Source: Tubulanus polymorphus (lineage: Eukaryota; Animalia; Nemertea). Taken from it: a DNA stretch of 64,000 nucleotides. This document shows positions 14,547 through 29,069 of this stretch, piece by piece. Numbering within the stretch: the first letter of the stretch is position 1; each line of letters starts with the position of its first letter. Below the pieces are notes generated by a model that was not told where the DNA came from, did not search any database, and worked only from the letters and a program-made list of their open reading frames with translations. The stretch spans positions 8,402,451-8,466,450 of the forward strand of contig NC_134035.1 of assembly GCF_964204645.1 (NCBI RefSeq), written 5' to 3'. The translations under genes were made by a program, and so were the position numbers.

Positions 14547-16112
14547 CTAGTTGGAGAACCCAACCCAGATCCACAACAGTTCTATTGACAGACTGAAACT
14601 TAGTATATACTAAGCCATTCGTTGACATGTATTGTGATCATGGAACCTTCGCTAAAAAAGGGAGTACGCCGACCGATGATTGGCCAAATTACTGTCTAAA
14701 CCAGTGACGATATAGCTTGTTGGTCGCATCCTACCATTTTGATGGCAGTTGGTCGAATGATATCGTTTTGGTTGACGAACAAAGTTGTATTCGTTGCGGT
14801 TGGTAAATGAATACGAATGTACGGTATGTTCCGATCGCAGAAGGTTATCCGGCTATGAACTTGAATCCTTAAAAAGTCCTTGTTTCAATTCCTATGACGG
14901 CCTCTTAACGAAACGATTGACCTCGCGGCATAGAAATACTGAAACGTGACGGATTATTAGCGCCACGGTCCTTTTCTGACACCTTATCTTTTTTCCGATT
15001 ACCTCCAGATTAATCACAGTCGCGGAAAAACCTCATTGCAACGAGCATCTGTATTTGAACGCGTTTATCGTATCCCGCGGCGGCGAGTTATAAAATTCTA
15101 TGGGGCGAAAAGTTCAGGCGATTTTGTTGATTTGGAATGAATGATAAATAATGCGGGATACATCTTTGTTTATCTCATTTTTAACAACAAATGTTTTATA
15201 AATGGATATACTGAATTTCTAACGATATATTTGACAAGCATCAGGTGGTTTGGTGTTGTCTCCCCGAGCGCTGCGACTTCCTGACACTAATACTGATGGA
15301 TGTAGCCACAATTCGGCGGTTAGTTTGGCTCGCGTGTATATAGTCGAAATTCGCAATTAGGCTCTATTATCACATCGCATGACTAATTGATCCTATACGA
15401 GTCGAATCTCTACGGATTTGGAACGCTTCGCAAGACGCGTCGTACTAGAATCCGCTTCTTTATACAGCCATGCCGCTATGAACGTCGTCTTGACGGATGT
15501 ATCTAGAAGTGCCGTTTCGCGAAGGCGGTTGTTGATGTTATAATTCGCCCATCTTGGGATTAATTGGGATGACATTTCTGTATCCGTTGATGCGACATCC
15601 GCTGTATCGATGACAAATTAGTAGCCGCTGTACTTGTACTTACAAGGCACTGGATCGAGTTGTCGAAACAATGTCATGTTCATAGAGTTCGTCATATTCA
15701 TATTCGGTAGGTGACATTGATAAACTGAGACGGGGCTTTTTTGTAGGTTATCGCCTCGCTTTTGCTTTTCTGTTTTATAAATTCGAGTCTCATCTGCTTC
15801 GTCATTCGAGCCGACTCAGAACCAGTATTGAACGTGGTACCGGCACTAACTATAGATGTACGGAAAGCGAGGATTCCACCTGATTCGCTATATAGCGGTT
15901 ACTGGCTTCGATATCGCTTCGATGTCTTTTACAGTTTTGTTAAAATCGAATCGACTTTTTTCAATTAGCAAATCCAATTCGGTGAAACCTACGCCATGAA
16001 CTGAGGGGGAAAAGTGAATCATACCCATTTGATAATCGTTTGATAATTTTCGGTTTTTGGAGTCCAGTTCCAGTTCAAATTTCATTGAAAATTAACAAAT
16101 TTTCACTGCAAA

Positions 16113-16700
16113 TAAGATAAGATAAGATATTTATTTCACTCCAACCATAAGAATGGTACGTGGAGGCAAGATTGAATACAAAATATGAAATACAAAAATT
16201 TACAAAACATGAACCGAATTATATACATATATACATACAGACAAAACAAAATATGAATTAACAAAATTTTAAAATCTAATTTTCAGTAAAACTATTTACA
16301 GACAAGGCAAGTACAGATATTGAATTATATACAGCGAGATATGTCACGCGTATATACACAATTCACTGGAGGGATTTGTATAAACTTAAACCTAACTGGA
16401 TAAATTTAGCTATTTGTGGGGTAGGATTCTTTAATATTTCTAAGTTTCTGGACATACTTAAATGGATGGAATTATCACGCAGATCACTTAGCAAAGTGCA
16501 GTCATAAATGAAGTGAAGCTCAAATATCTCAATGTATCGTTGCGCCATCTGGTACCCATATTGTAATCTTGAATCATCCACGTTTGGTGTTTTACGCACA
16601 ATTTTTTCGTGGATTTATCGCGTTGATGGACAGTGCAAGTGAGGTGGATGTTTGATAAGTGATATTTGATTAATTTGCTATCTATGAGGTTCAAAAGAAC
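16113..16700 (-). mobile_element. Related RTEX-like LINE 3' end with (TATCT)n tail
   Basis: Same tttatttcactccaaccat...ggtacgtggagg 3'UTR; ELHFIYDCTLL. Confidence 0.65.
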
Positions 16701-17296
16701 GACCTATAATGCCTCGCTGACCGCCATCACCTGTTGGCAAAATCCATAAAAAGACTTCGGTTTGAAGACCGTTTACGTTGAAAGATTAATGCATGAATTG
16801 GACGTATTGCCGCAGCAGTTTATCTAAATATTACTATCTAATATTATAATATTGCTAAATATTATCATCTAATTATTATGAATTCGTATTTACAGAATAT
16901 ACGCAATAGAGTTATCTTCAGAAGCAATGCGTTATTACAACGATTGATTTTAACTCACGCGAGTTTAATATTATAACTCTCAACTGGTAGAATTGGCTCT
17001 TGACCGATAGTTCCGCACACGTGGCAGTGAACGCGTTGAATCGCGTTTACAGACAGCTGAGTTACGGGATAACCCACACAGCTTGGAATAGAAACCTGTA
17101 TTTTGGTGTAAGGAAATACGTCGGAGTCTAAATCGGTCCATTTTCGAAGATTTAAAACCATTCGAAGTTCAGCTTTTCGTATATATTTTTTTTTTCGAGT
17201 CAACCGTTATATACATGAATTCCTTTAATATACTTTTCTCGTTTCAGCCACTAATCACTGACGCGTGGAGCTTACTGCGGATAGTGAGGACACACG

Positions 17297-18333
17297 ATGA
17301 GATTGCACCTCGCCCGGTTTCTTTACCGATTCGTCCTGACCTGCGTCCTCGTAATCATACCCATCAATTTGTACCTGGGCTTTCTCCAAAAGCAGCAGGG
17401 CCTCGCGCAGCGCGAACCGCCATGGGGCCGAGATTTCAACAGGGAACGTTACGCGAAATCGGCGGTTCGAAAATACTCGTTCGCTCGCGGAAATGAGCGC
17501 GGTGACGCGGCGAACGTCGCAGCGCCACCTATACCGGGAACGAAATCAAAATTCGGTTCTATCGAACTGCTGAAACACGAGAAAATATCGAACAGTCTCG
17601 ACATCGGGCCGATCTGGCCCGAGTTGGATATATACAGCGACAGGATCGTTACGCAAATGCGACACATGCCGAATCGGACGCAGTACGAGAAAAGAAAGCC
17701 CGACGACGCGCAGAAGTTGAAGACAATATTGGCGTGGTCCGGACTGAGGAGTATGGAAACCGGCCGTCGACGATTTCTAACCGATAATTGTCCCGTAAAT
17801 CAATGCGTTTTGACCAGCGATCGGTCAAAAGCTGGCACTGCTGACGTGATTCTATTCAACAACTACATATCAAAGCCGCCCGGGCCTCGACCGGCCGATC
17901 AAATATGGGCTTTGTACCTATTAGAATCGCCGTACCACACACCCAGCCTATCGGCCCAGCGTTCCAACGTCAACTGGACGTGCACCTATCGTCGTGAATC
18001 GACCATCGTGACGCCCTACGAAAAATTCGTCCTGTTCAACGACTCGGTCAATTCGAGACCGCTGCTCAAAAACTATGCGGCCGAAAAAACGAAACAGGTC
18101 GCCTGGTTCGTGTCGAACTGCGGTGCTCGCAACGGCCGAAGCAACTACGCGAAAGAACTGGCAAAACACATCGGCGTCGACGTGTACGGAGGGTGCGGGC
18201 CGAAGAAATGCCCGCGACACCAGGCGCACAAGTGTTTCGACCTTCTCAATAAACAGTACAAGTTTTATCTTGCCTTCGAGAACTCAAACTGCAGGGATTA
18301 CATTACTGAAAAATTTTTCGTGAACGGTCTTTC
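17297..18333 (+). CDS. FucTA: Alpha-1,3-fucosyltransferase (GT10, FucTA-like), coding exon 1
   Basis: Type II membrane N-terminus (RFVLTCVLVIIPINLYLGFL); GT10 motifs LESPYHT, NWTCTYRRESTIVTPY, VAWFVSNCGARNGR, YKFYLAFENSNCRDYITEKF. Acceptor tttcag at 17247 before the ATG; donor TC|gtaagt at 18333/18334 (phase 2). Symbol based on recalled similarity to insect FucTA. Confidence 0.93.
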
Positions 18334-20477
18334 GTAAGTATTGCATTTCTTCACATGTTACCACAGTAAACCTCACCGACTCGGACAATGGGACCGGCAA
18401 AATCTGGCCAAGCCCGTTAGGAAAAACAACTTTGTCGAGTTGGGCGAGGTTTAATGGGATCTATAACTCTACTCCATGTATCAGCCATCTCTCCCTGGGT
18501 GAAGTAAAATCCGGCCGACCACTTGGCGCCCTGGAGTCATGTATCAGGCCAGATACGCATTGACTCCTGGGGTGGGGGGTGGGGGGCAAATGGGACGGTA
18601 TTGTACGGGGTTCGAACTTCAACGCTCTAACCACGATTGGATATACTACACATTCGTACAAATTGTATAGGAAATCATACTATATTCATACGTAGTGATC
18701 CAATCACGTTCCGATCTCTTATTATTTTCATATATTTAATCTACAAAGGCACCGTTATCCGATATATCATACGGAACGACGTCTCACTTCGCTGAAAGAC
18801 CGCGCAGTTGGTTCTAGCGATTCGCGTTTCCTGGTTACGGTCCCGTCTAAGCCCGTGTTGCAGGGGCAACGCCGCGGCGTTGTTTCCGTCAGGCCAGTTA
18901 GCTTTATCGACCTGCCAGACGAACTCAATACGAGGTGTAATGATTGTACCGAGGATTGGACGTATAGGACGTTCATTAACGCGTCCTCGGGGAAATTTTG
19001 TAATTGCGGTTGCCGGCGAGAGAGTATAGCCGGCACCGTTCGCCGAGTAATAATACTCAATCGATTTAAACACCTCGAGTTTAATTTACTCGTAGTATCG
19101 AGTGTTACCATGGACTCAAAAACGTTTTACAGTCCGTGTTTATACATAATTACGGCGCGTGTCTTTACCGGGTTGCGCTCTCAGCGGCGTCTGGAGAGCG
19201 TATATTGCGGGCGTTGAAATATTGAAGTGGTCTGCGAAGTGTCTGTCGCGCGAAACGAAAGCTCCATCGAGGAGTATTTGTCGAGTGATGCTCAGACACC
19301 AAATGCGATCATTTAATAATTACGCGAAGTGGAAAACAGCGATCTTGGTTTACCGTCTAAATGCTCGACTACAATTAATATTTGATTTTCGTCATGGAAT
19401 TAGAAATCTATTGGCCGCCTTTGGTCCATTGGTTTATGAAACTACGCGTTAGTTTCCCGCGCCATCATAATCGATCGGGCTAATTAGAATCAAAATGGCC
19501 GGCATGTGGCCATTTATTTACGCTAGCTACAATCGGCCCTTGCGTTGGAGGTTTATACCTTAATGCATTAATTTGTCTCGAAGTTCGGTTATACCATTCC
19601 AAATCAATCAGAACATTTTTGAAACTGGTTTGAACTCTTTAGCGATCGTCATTTGAACTCTTAAGCTATCATCTTAAGCTATCGTCATTACCATCATTTT
19701 AGCTGCTATGCTTATCATTGTGGGCATAGTTTATATACAGTCAACCTTCGATGTACCGCCTATATTGAGATTTAGGATTTTGGCGGTCGATGGATTGACC
19801 GAGGGAGTTTCGATGCAAAAAGCGATCAGATGTTCCGTTGGTCGTGGTGGCGGTTTATCAGGAGCCGGTAATGTGACTGTAGTTACCAAGTGTGTATATG
19901 ATCTGTCTTGACTTTCTCAAGTTCTTTAGATTGATGCTTTTCAGATTTTAAGCGGGCAGGAATTGTGCTTTCGACAGTTCTAACTCAAAAACGACGAGTT
20001 ATTCGTAGGGTCTGAAGCGCTTCAGTATCGGTCTGCACGTCCAGTCTTCATTTACCAAAATTCGTCGGAATTTCAAATTAGTCGGAAAATCGTATACACG
20101 CTATAGATTCCTTACTAATATATAATTCGTGGAAGAGACGGCGTTCTATTAGCCACCATACGGCCACGGGACTTGTTACACTTTCCTGATAAACACCGCC
20201 ATACAATGCTATTATTCCTGTGCTAAATTGAATTAACCATACGCAACAAGGGACAAACCGAGCGCACCATCAAAACCGCATTGTCTGTAAATAAGATTTT
20301 AATTATTTATGATGCTTCGACAGCTCCATCCACCGAATCTAAATCATTCTCGGCTATCTTTGCCGAGTCGTGACGACGAATTTAATCCGGAAAGCCGATA
20401 TCAATTAGAAGCTCGCCATGTAGTATGCAGATATAGATATAAACGATAGACACGGCTAGAAATAGCTGGAAAATGCA

Positions 20478-20628
20478 CAGTCAACCCCCGATATACCGCC
20501 CTCCCATTAACCGCCACCTCCGCTTACCGCCAGGTTTTCTCAATGTACATTTCTGTACAAATACATAGTAACCCCCTCGCCATACTCTCTATACCGCCAA
20601 AATTGTACGGTAAATCGGGGGTTTACTG
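20478..20628. mobile_element. pogo/Tigger-like MITE (similar CAGT...ACTG relics at ~18364-18456, 19738-19879, 40746-40919, 45554-46114)
   Basis: CAGTCAACCCCCGATATACCG ... GTAAATCGGGGGTTTACTG-TA. Confidence 0.65.
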
Positions 20629-21847
20629 TAATCTAATAACACCAACCAGGCGGTTCCTGAAATTTGAACAGAGGGGCCAAACGCAGTGTTTTCCCAGATA
20701 TAATGTTTCAATGAAAAATGCATTCATGAAAATATGTGCGTTGCTTATAGTAGTTTCTGGCAGACGCCGAAACGGCAATCGATAATGATATGAATTGTGG
20801 TTGGTTTCATCAATTTTAATATGATTGATATCACAGACAATTTTCGAACACGGGTCAGAGGGGCCAAGATCCCCGAGAACCCCAATTACACTGTTTAAAA
20901 TGAATGATAAAAACAGAAGGAAACTTATATCGAATTTGAGTGAGAGCCAGATACGTACCGACACTAAAGGCGTTTAAGCAACTCGAATCAACACGGATCA
21001 AATCGTCCATTTATTTAACGATTTGCCTACAACGTCCATTTATTTAACCAAATCGCCAACGCGAGTACCCAACGCGACCAAATCGCTCATCGAAGCGCTT
21101 TGATTCGATTTGCTGCGACAGTGGAGCGTTCGGTGATAAGATCAAAAACAAAATGGCGGCTTTTTTGATCGCAGAAAATTCAGGTTCCGGTTGTGGAGAG
21201 TAGGGTCATTTATTTAAGGCGATTCGATTTGTACCACGTGACAGTAATCGACGGAGCAAAGCGATTTTATACGAGTTGCTTGAATAAAAACGCCTCAAGT
21301 ACCGTAACTTTTCGTTATTTCATATTTGGACCTAATAACGTCGGCTTATAAACGGGTTTGTCAAAGAGCGCTTTTAGTAGCACTCGAATACATTCGTCAT
21401 TAAGCGATTATGATAGAAACAGCTGCGTTTATAAATTAATAATCGGCCCGATTCTATAGATTTATAAGTTTTGCCAACGATTTATGATTTCTGAAGTGGA
21501 TAAGAAGTGCATTTACACACGCGCACCTGTTTCTATTAAAGGATACATGAAACAAAACGTTGACGCGACGATTAACAAATACTTAGAGTATATACAGGCC
21601 AGTGCTGGGTGGGGGGGGGGGGGGGGGCTGGGCGGTTCGTTTATAGGATAAATGCCACTTTTTCACAGCAAAAAGGGGCGCTTTCCTACTGAAAAATGAC
21701 AGATCTTAAACATCTTGGCCTATACCTGAAAAGACCGTTTTACAAAGGAGTACATTTTCCCAAATCTTTCATTTTCCCGCTTTGATATCAATTGCATAAA
21801 CCTCTAAATAGGAGGTGTAACGAACAAACATTAAACGTGCTTAATAA

Positions 21848-22153
21848 AGTGAAAATCCACAATGAAATGAAATAAAGAAAAACTAGAAGAGCATCAAACG
21901 TTTCGATTTTCAAAATCTATTTTCAAAATGGCACATAGAATTGAGTCGAAACGTAAGATTTCCTTTTTTCGGTTTTTTTTTTTCATTTCATTATGGGTTT
22001 TCACTAATCTAGTGCTATCAGACTTGTACTTCGAAACCGACGAAACGTGATGAGCCATTTTGAAAATCGATTTTTAAAATGTCCACAGAATTCAGTCGAA
22101 ACGTCGGATTCTCTTTCTAGTTTGTCTTTTTCATTTCATTTTGGGTTTTCGCT
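21848..22153. mobile_element. Degenerate Penelope-like inverted/tandem relic
   Basis: Inverted arms agtgaaaatccacaatgaaatgaaa / tttcatttcattatgggttttcact (21848-22005), plus a second tandem copy; repeated gtcgaaacgt. Confidence 0.45.
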
Positions 22154-22728
22154 TCATCGATATCGTCAGACGGTCGCATGTCTTTGGAAACCGATCAAGC
22201 GCATTGTTTACGCGCGTCATATTGGACGCGATGGATGTAAAATTCAGGTTAGAAGTGCGACTTCTCACTGTGAGTCAACTGCTTGCGCTTGGCGTCCAAC
22301 ATTCCTCTATATAAAACCACCTTCTGCTTCGGCCGAATCCGGCGTTCGAGCGGCCGCAAATGAACTTTACGTTATATCATACATTTCCGATATCGTAATC
22401 CGTCGCGCCTTTTGATGTTTTCAACCCGCGGAAGATCCGAGCCTTATGCGCACGCGCGCACGTGTACGGCACCATCTCGCAAATCGCATTATCCGAACAT
22501 TCACGGGTGGGCAAGTGCTGTCGATCCTCGAGGGGATTTAGCAATGAGATTATTGATGATACGATGGATCGTCCTTTTCCCACGTACGTCTTAATCATCA
22601 AACCCCGCGGGGGACGTTTATATATTCTTATTTCTGTTGTATGTTTGACATTTCCACAGCAAATTGGCCGCCATTGGCTGCCATTTCTATATACGAGAGA
22701 AACCCTATCGACACTTCCATAAAAGATA

Positions 22729-22905
22729 CCTCTCTCCCTCCCTCCCTCGCTCCCCTCCCCTCTCTCCCTCGTTCCCTCTCCCTCGCTCCCTCTCCCTCTG
22801 TCCCTCTCCCTCGCTCCCTCGCTCCCTCTACCTCGATCCTTCGCTCCCTTGCTCCCTCGCTCCCTTGCTCCCTCTCCCTCGCTCCCTCTCCCCTCCCTCT
22901 CCCTT
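22729..22905. repeat. Pyrimidine-rich (CTCCCTCG/CTCCCT)n low-complexity tract
   Basis: Visible. Confidence 0.95.
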
Positions 22906-23544
22906 TCTTACTGTAAATACTCTGTACATTCTTTACTGGTGTCGGCGATACGCGGTGGAAGTCTGGTATACTTTCATTGAATCAATTGATAATTTATAAC
23001 TGAACTGATAACATACGACATCATACATTAAACGGTGAAACCTCTAAGAGTCCATTTGCTAAATGAAAGGCTTCTATCCAATTTACTACGTATTTTCGAT
23101 GTTCCTCGGTGAAATCGTCGGCCGTTCTTGTTGAATCGATATTTCTATCCTTTTTCGGGTAAGTCGTAAATCGTGATATTGCGTACGTACTATTTGCTAA
23201 GTGTAGACTCGGCGTACTCGGAATTACGAACCCGCAATGAGCAAACAATATTAGGATTATCGGGTTTTAGTCTGTGTTGGTGGCAGTTTCGTGGTTTACA
23301 GTTTTTTTTTTCTGGCCAGTATCCTGCATTGATAACAAAGATACATTGCATCGCAAAATGAATTGCAACATTTCATTGTGTAGGTCAAAGTGGTCTATAT
23401 AGCACTCGGACGGACAGGGACTGACATGAAGACACATTTGCATTTGTTTTGTTCTTATTGCTTGTTCAGTTTATCCTTAGTTCTGATAGCTTCTGTTAAT
23501 ATCCTACGAATTCATATACTCTGTTACTTTATTCCTGGTCATTC

Positions 23545-23640
23545 CACTTGATGATGGCTGTAGTTAGTCGACTGCCGAAACGTGTTTTCGTTATGACAGA
23601 TTGTATCATATAGAATTCGAATTTTGGCACTTCAATTTTC
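23545..23640 (+). mobile_element. Degenerate copy of the 1-196 hammerhead family
   Basis: TTGATGA TGGCTG...CTGCC GAAACGT followed by sequence alignable by eye to the arm at 140-196. Confidence 0.55.
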
Positions 23641-24182
23641 TTGTTGTTCGAGTAATACGTCATCGCCATCTTCTCGGCTTTGATAATTGAAATTCACGTG
23701 AATCACTCAGTGAAATGAGATATAAAAATCTGTATACGCGGCGTGTTTCTGACTACATGTTTTTACCGCTGAATATTCAACATGACAATCAGTAGCGAGC
23801 TCTAATCTACTCGACTCAAATAACTACCCGTGAATAAATAATGCCTGAACGCGTCCATAATTTTCTGGTAGATAAACTGCCCGACAAAATGCAAATGGCT
23901 GGTTTTATATTAATTTGCAATGATGCGTATATATACGTGGATGTAGTATTAAATACTTTATAAGATATTTGAGATTTTGTATTAGGGAACACCCCACACT
24001 GATAAAACGAGAAAGATGAAGTCCGAAAAGTTTCATTTAAGCTAAACGGCTTGGAATCGACAATATATCTACTTATACATCTAGACTTTTCTAAAATGAA
24101 TTTAAAGTTCGATTTTCTAATAGATCAAAGATCCTAAAGATATTTAGATTCAAGTAGTTTCCATGGAATTCGGTAAGATTAT

Positions 24183-24295
24183 CCACCGGATGATGGTCTC
24201 TAGAAGGAGCGAGAGTCCGAAACGTCGTCGTGTCTTGATTTTTTATTTAAAAAATTTGTTTTGATCTTTGTAAATTTTGTAAGTAGGTTTTAAAC
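24183..24295 (+). mobile_element. Degenerate copy of the 46360 hammerhead family
   Basis: CGGATGA TGGTCTCTAG...GAGAGTCC GAAACGTC GTCG then AT-rich arm. Confidence 0.5.
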
Positions 24296-24298
24296 ATG

Positions 24299-25700
24299 GG
24301 ATTAGGATTAGGAATAGGATTTTATTTACACTCCAACCATTTCTGTGGTACATGGAGGGAGACTATGAAATATGTAATATTTACAAAACAACAGAAAATA
24401 TAAACTTGTTTTGATAAAACGTAACAAAGATTAACAATACATATATTGAATATGTACACCATACTAATTATTGGAAGGATCTGCTTATATATAATTCTTT
24501 TTAATGAATTTTGCGAAGGGGCTTAGGATTAGGATTAGGATTTTATTTACACTCTTACCATTTGTATGGTATATGGAGGGAGACTTATACAAAGTATACA
24601 ATATTTACAATGAACAGAAAATATAAACTTGTCTTAATGAAATATCACAAAGTTATTAACAATATATACATACACTATTTACAACATACTAATTATTGGA
24701 GGGATCTATATACATCTAAACCTTTTTAATGAATTTTGCAAATTGGATTGAATATCAAGATTGCCAAAAGAGTTCAAATTCAAAATATTCTCTGTAGGTC
24801 GCAGTCAAAGGTAAAATGCAATTCATCACCTAAAACATTACAGGCCGAACATAATGTATCATTTCTATCTAATGGAAGGTTTGATAATTTATTTACAGGC
24901 AGGAGATAAGACCCAATTCTAAATTCTTAATTCGAATAAACTTATTACTAAGAATTTTAGAATTACTAAATCCTCAGCAAGTTCACTAATATACCTTTCT
25001 AATTCAATATCATATTTGTACTGCCTATGATTAATGTAATTCGGATTAGATTCTATTGTGGGAACGGTATTTTGAAGGTGTTGATTACGAAGAGTCTGTT
25101 TTATTCGCCTTGAGAAGGTCCTACTATTCGCCATAAATTGTTGTGGCTTACGATTACGATTACGATTTTATTTACACTCCAACCATTTCCATGGTATATG
25201 GAGGAAAACTATTACACATGTATATACAAATATTAACAAAACAACACTGAAGTGATTAAGATTTAGAGAATGAAAACGTTACAAAATATATATTATATAT
25301 ACATCAACTATTTACAATACTATATATACTATTGGAGGGATCTATATACATATAAGCCGGTCTTAATGAATTTAGCTAAGTTGACCGCTGGGTTTTTCAG
25401 AATATCAAGGGTATTAAAGGTATTCAAATTCAAATAGTTTTTGCGGGGTTCGTTAAGTAAGGTACAGTCAAACAGAAAATGGGATTCGTCACCTAAAGTA
25501 TTACAAGTGGGGCATATTCTATCGGCTCTGTCTTAATGAAGGTTTGAAAATTTGTTCACAGGTAAAATATGGGACCCGACCCTAAATTAAAATACACTAG
25601 TTCCTAAGTCATCACCAAGTTCTATTATATACTTCTCTAATCTAATATCATTTTTATATTGCCTAAAGTTAGTGTATATCGGATTAGTATTTATGGCAGA
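24299..25700 (-). mobile_element. Three head-to-tail 5'-truncated non-LTR (RTEX-like) 3' ends
   Basis: Units start at 24299, 24520, 25145 with (GGATTA)n/(CGATTA)n and tttatttacactccaaccat; minus frames give FRIGSYLLPV...LCSACNVLGDELHFTFDC and FRVGSHILPV...RICPTCNTLGDESHFLFDC (CCHC finger). Confidence 0.75.
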
Positions 25701-27043
25701 TCGGTGTATTGTTGCGCCATCTAGTGTGTGTACCGGTACCTCATCGATTATACGAACCAATATGTCGATAAACAATTAGGAACTTTGTTTGTTCGCTGCA
25801 AACTTCCTTTATCGCGCGCGTATGGCGACTACTGGCACGAGTAAATTTCACAAACACGATCATAATCTATACGCGATGATTTATGTCTAGCTATTGTAGA
25901 AAAAAATCCGCGACCGTTCGTTGCCGTGAGATGCAAAGCGCTCGGGAAATGTCACCGTTACATCAACAACGGCATCGTCGCTGATGATGAAGATTTATCA
26001 GATCTAATCGTTCGGTGTTGCTGTTGATATTATGCGCATGTTGCTATACGGTTTATATTTAGAAAAAATGGCCTATTCAAAATGATGTATGCTATTATTA
26101 TGGTCGCTTAAACGAAGGGCATGTACGCCAGGATTCTCGAAACGAAAAACGGATTTCGTGTTAAATGCGTTTCGCAGTGAGCATCTACCACGCAGCAAAA
26201 CCAGAGACATACTTGAATGATGAAACGAACCGGCGTCATTGGCGGTCAACTGATATCAAAATGGTGGTGATTTCAATCTGTCATGTGATGATCTACTTGT
26301 CTCTGGTTATTTATAGAGTGTCGGGGTTTCCAATGTTAATAAACCGTGTTTCATATTTCGGGGCAACGCACTAAGTAACGAAACGAGCCAAAAATCCTTT
26401 CCATATTTCTCTGTTTATTGCGCTTGGCTCTAATTAGACAAAACCCTAAAGGTCGAGGCATCAATACTGCATTGTTGCCATAAAAAATGCTTCAACTTAA
26501 ACACCGTATGATTTTGCTCAAATCACGATGATGTTTTGAGACGCTTTCGGAGATGATACCCGTATTCTAATCAACCCCATCCCGGATTCTCGTAGTACCG
26601 AAATATTCCAACCTAATGTGAAGATTATGTTATTTTCCCCGGGCAGTGATTATTATCGTCGACCGATGAAAACCTTTCCGAATACGAGCACTGGCTCCGA
26701 TGTCTGGCGTTACTCGTGTTACTGTCCGTCGCCCGTGGGTTATCGAGCTCATAGTCGACCTGTATAATCATGAATAATGGACGGTCGTGATCGCTAGTGT
26801 AGATTCGCTGTGATTCCATTTACAAAACAATTCAGACTCGAATTACTCGCTCATATACGCCGCCGATATAGAACTCCCGGTGTAGCTCTTATTTGCAGTA
26901 TTATGATAAGTAACACAAATGGATGGCGAGCACACGGCTAGCTCTGTGAATTACGCGGTGTATATTCGTTAGTTCACGAGTCCATCCCAGCAATATGTGC
27001 CAATCCGTTATGGTTTATATATTCGTTTCGATAAAAACATATA

Positions 27044-27207
27044 GGTGTCATAGAATCAGATGGGACCCCCGATGTCAGATGCCCCCGGCAATAGATTGAC
27101 GGATTAATTGTGCTGCTGGCCCTGATCCTAACCCCCAATTCCGGCCCTCAATTGAGATCTATTGCAAGGGGGGAATATGAATAAGAGGTATTTCACTCTA
27201 TGAAACC
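27044..27207. mobile_element. TIR element; related fragment at ~42490-42549
   Basis: GGTGTCATAGAAT...ACTCTATGAAACC; the agaatcagatg...gatgtcagatgccccc block recurs inverted at 42490-42549. Confidence 0.5.
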
Positions 27208-28416
27208 GGGTTCAGAGTGGACCTGATTCCAAATTAAACTAACATATAAAGTAAGCCAAGCTCGTATCGAGTAAGCCAAGTTTGTTCATTGCATACACTT
27301 CAGAAGACTGAAGATTCTTACTGAAAATTCTTCCGGGAATTTGTATCAATCGATTATAGGTGCCTTATTTTTCGATTACTTAAATTGACGGTATTTGAGA
27401 TTAAATTAAAGAATGTTTAATGATGAAATTAGAATATACGAAGGATTCTAAGCCTTATGCTATGATCAACCACTCAGAATTGACACTCATGAGGCCAGTT
27501 AAATGGTTTTTGGTTGGCGTCATGAATTCATGTTTTCATGCAAAATAGCTGAAGAAATTAACCATTTCTCGACCATATTTCGGATAATTCACAATTCACG
27601 CGTTGCATTCATGAATATTGTTAATTCTTACGAACAAAATCGATGCATTCAAATCGTAATAACCTAACTATGGTAATCAAAACCATTACGTACAGGACAA
27701 GTAGTGAATGTTTAGGCCTCACATGCCCATATGTCAATAAACATTGAATTCTGACGAAGTGACGACCGAACCTGCGTCCCGATTAATTTGTTGCTCGCAG
27801 AGAGAATAAGAAAATTCCAGGTGTATTAGATAGGATTTTTGCTCTGTATGAAATAAATGTCAATTATTGTTATCATTTCTATAAAAAATCCAGATTTTCG
27901 GTTTCAAATTTACGTCAAGTTGGATTTCAATTTAGCGGCAATCCATTGTGGATTATGATGCCTGTCCCTGATCCGTGTGTGTGTGTCTGTGTGTTGATAG
28001 TGTTTCGGTAACTTCTATTTTCGATTTCGTCCGCGTTTCGCGTGGAATTTATTCCCCAATTAAGGTACAATTTCCTCTCGTAAATCTCCTTAACCGGGTC
28101 TTATTAACGGCGAGGAGTTGAGAGATATAGCTAGAGCGAGCGGTAATGCGCCGTGTTATATATACTGCTACCATAGACCGCTGATAGTTTATCTTCCTAT
28201 CACGCGCTTTAGAGTTTCGATACACAAAATGTCTAAGGCTCCTAATTCAGATTTATTAGAACTCTTTCCTATATGACGTCGGATAAATGCGCGTAGGATC
28301 ATATCGTAATATAACGAATGCATACTGTAAAAAACTAAAACTATGTAGTTGAAAGCAAGTCCATTTTGAAATTAGAGACTTTTTTCGGTTATGGTATCAT
28401 ATCATATTGCTAAGTC

Positions 28417-28651
28417 AGGGGGCGGATCCGAGGGAAGGGTGCAGTGGGTGCCTATAACCCCTCTTTCAAGAAATCTGGTCGCTCTGAAATTTTACGGGAA
28501 AACGAAAAATAATGAACTGATAACTTGTTTTCTGCATTTCCAAAATGAGTTTATGATTTCCGATGAGTTTTTTTTCGGGGTGCCTCTTTGAATATATGAT
28601 GTCCTTTTTGGGGATTGCACCACTCTCCGAATCGGACTATAGATCCGCATA
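28417..28651. mobile_element. hAT-like MITE relic
   Basis: CAGGGGGCGGATC start and GATCCGC end. Confidence 0.4.
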
Positions 28652-28921
28652 CATAGAGCTAACACTATTCTATCTAATGTAGTATCGGGCAAGCTGCAAT
28701 ATATATTAATAATAAAAGCTTATGCTATATTGTGTTGTGACGGTCACTTAGGCACGTATCGCACGAAAACAAGTGGGAATTCCGTACTGCTGAATTGGTT
28801 TTTTTATTATTTATCAGAGCTTTACTGTTTGCGGTATGATAAGCTACATACATACCGACGCGTACTAACGATTTGTAAGAATGCTGTTAATTTCGGGAGA
28901 AGGATTAGGATTAGGATGGCA

Positions 28922-28994
28922 CGTAGGGCAAATCACCCGCGGGCACAGGGGCTCGTATTAAAGTTGTAGGTAGTAACGATAATCTGTTAATCCA

Positions 28995-29069
<75 letters not shown>

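Noticed and set aside
22641-22999. Pro/Ser/Leu-rich ORFs
   Set aside because: Low-complexity pyrimidine tract with no splice or domain support.
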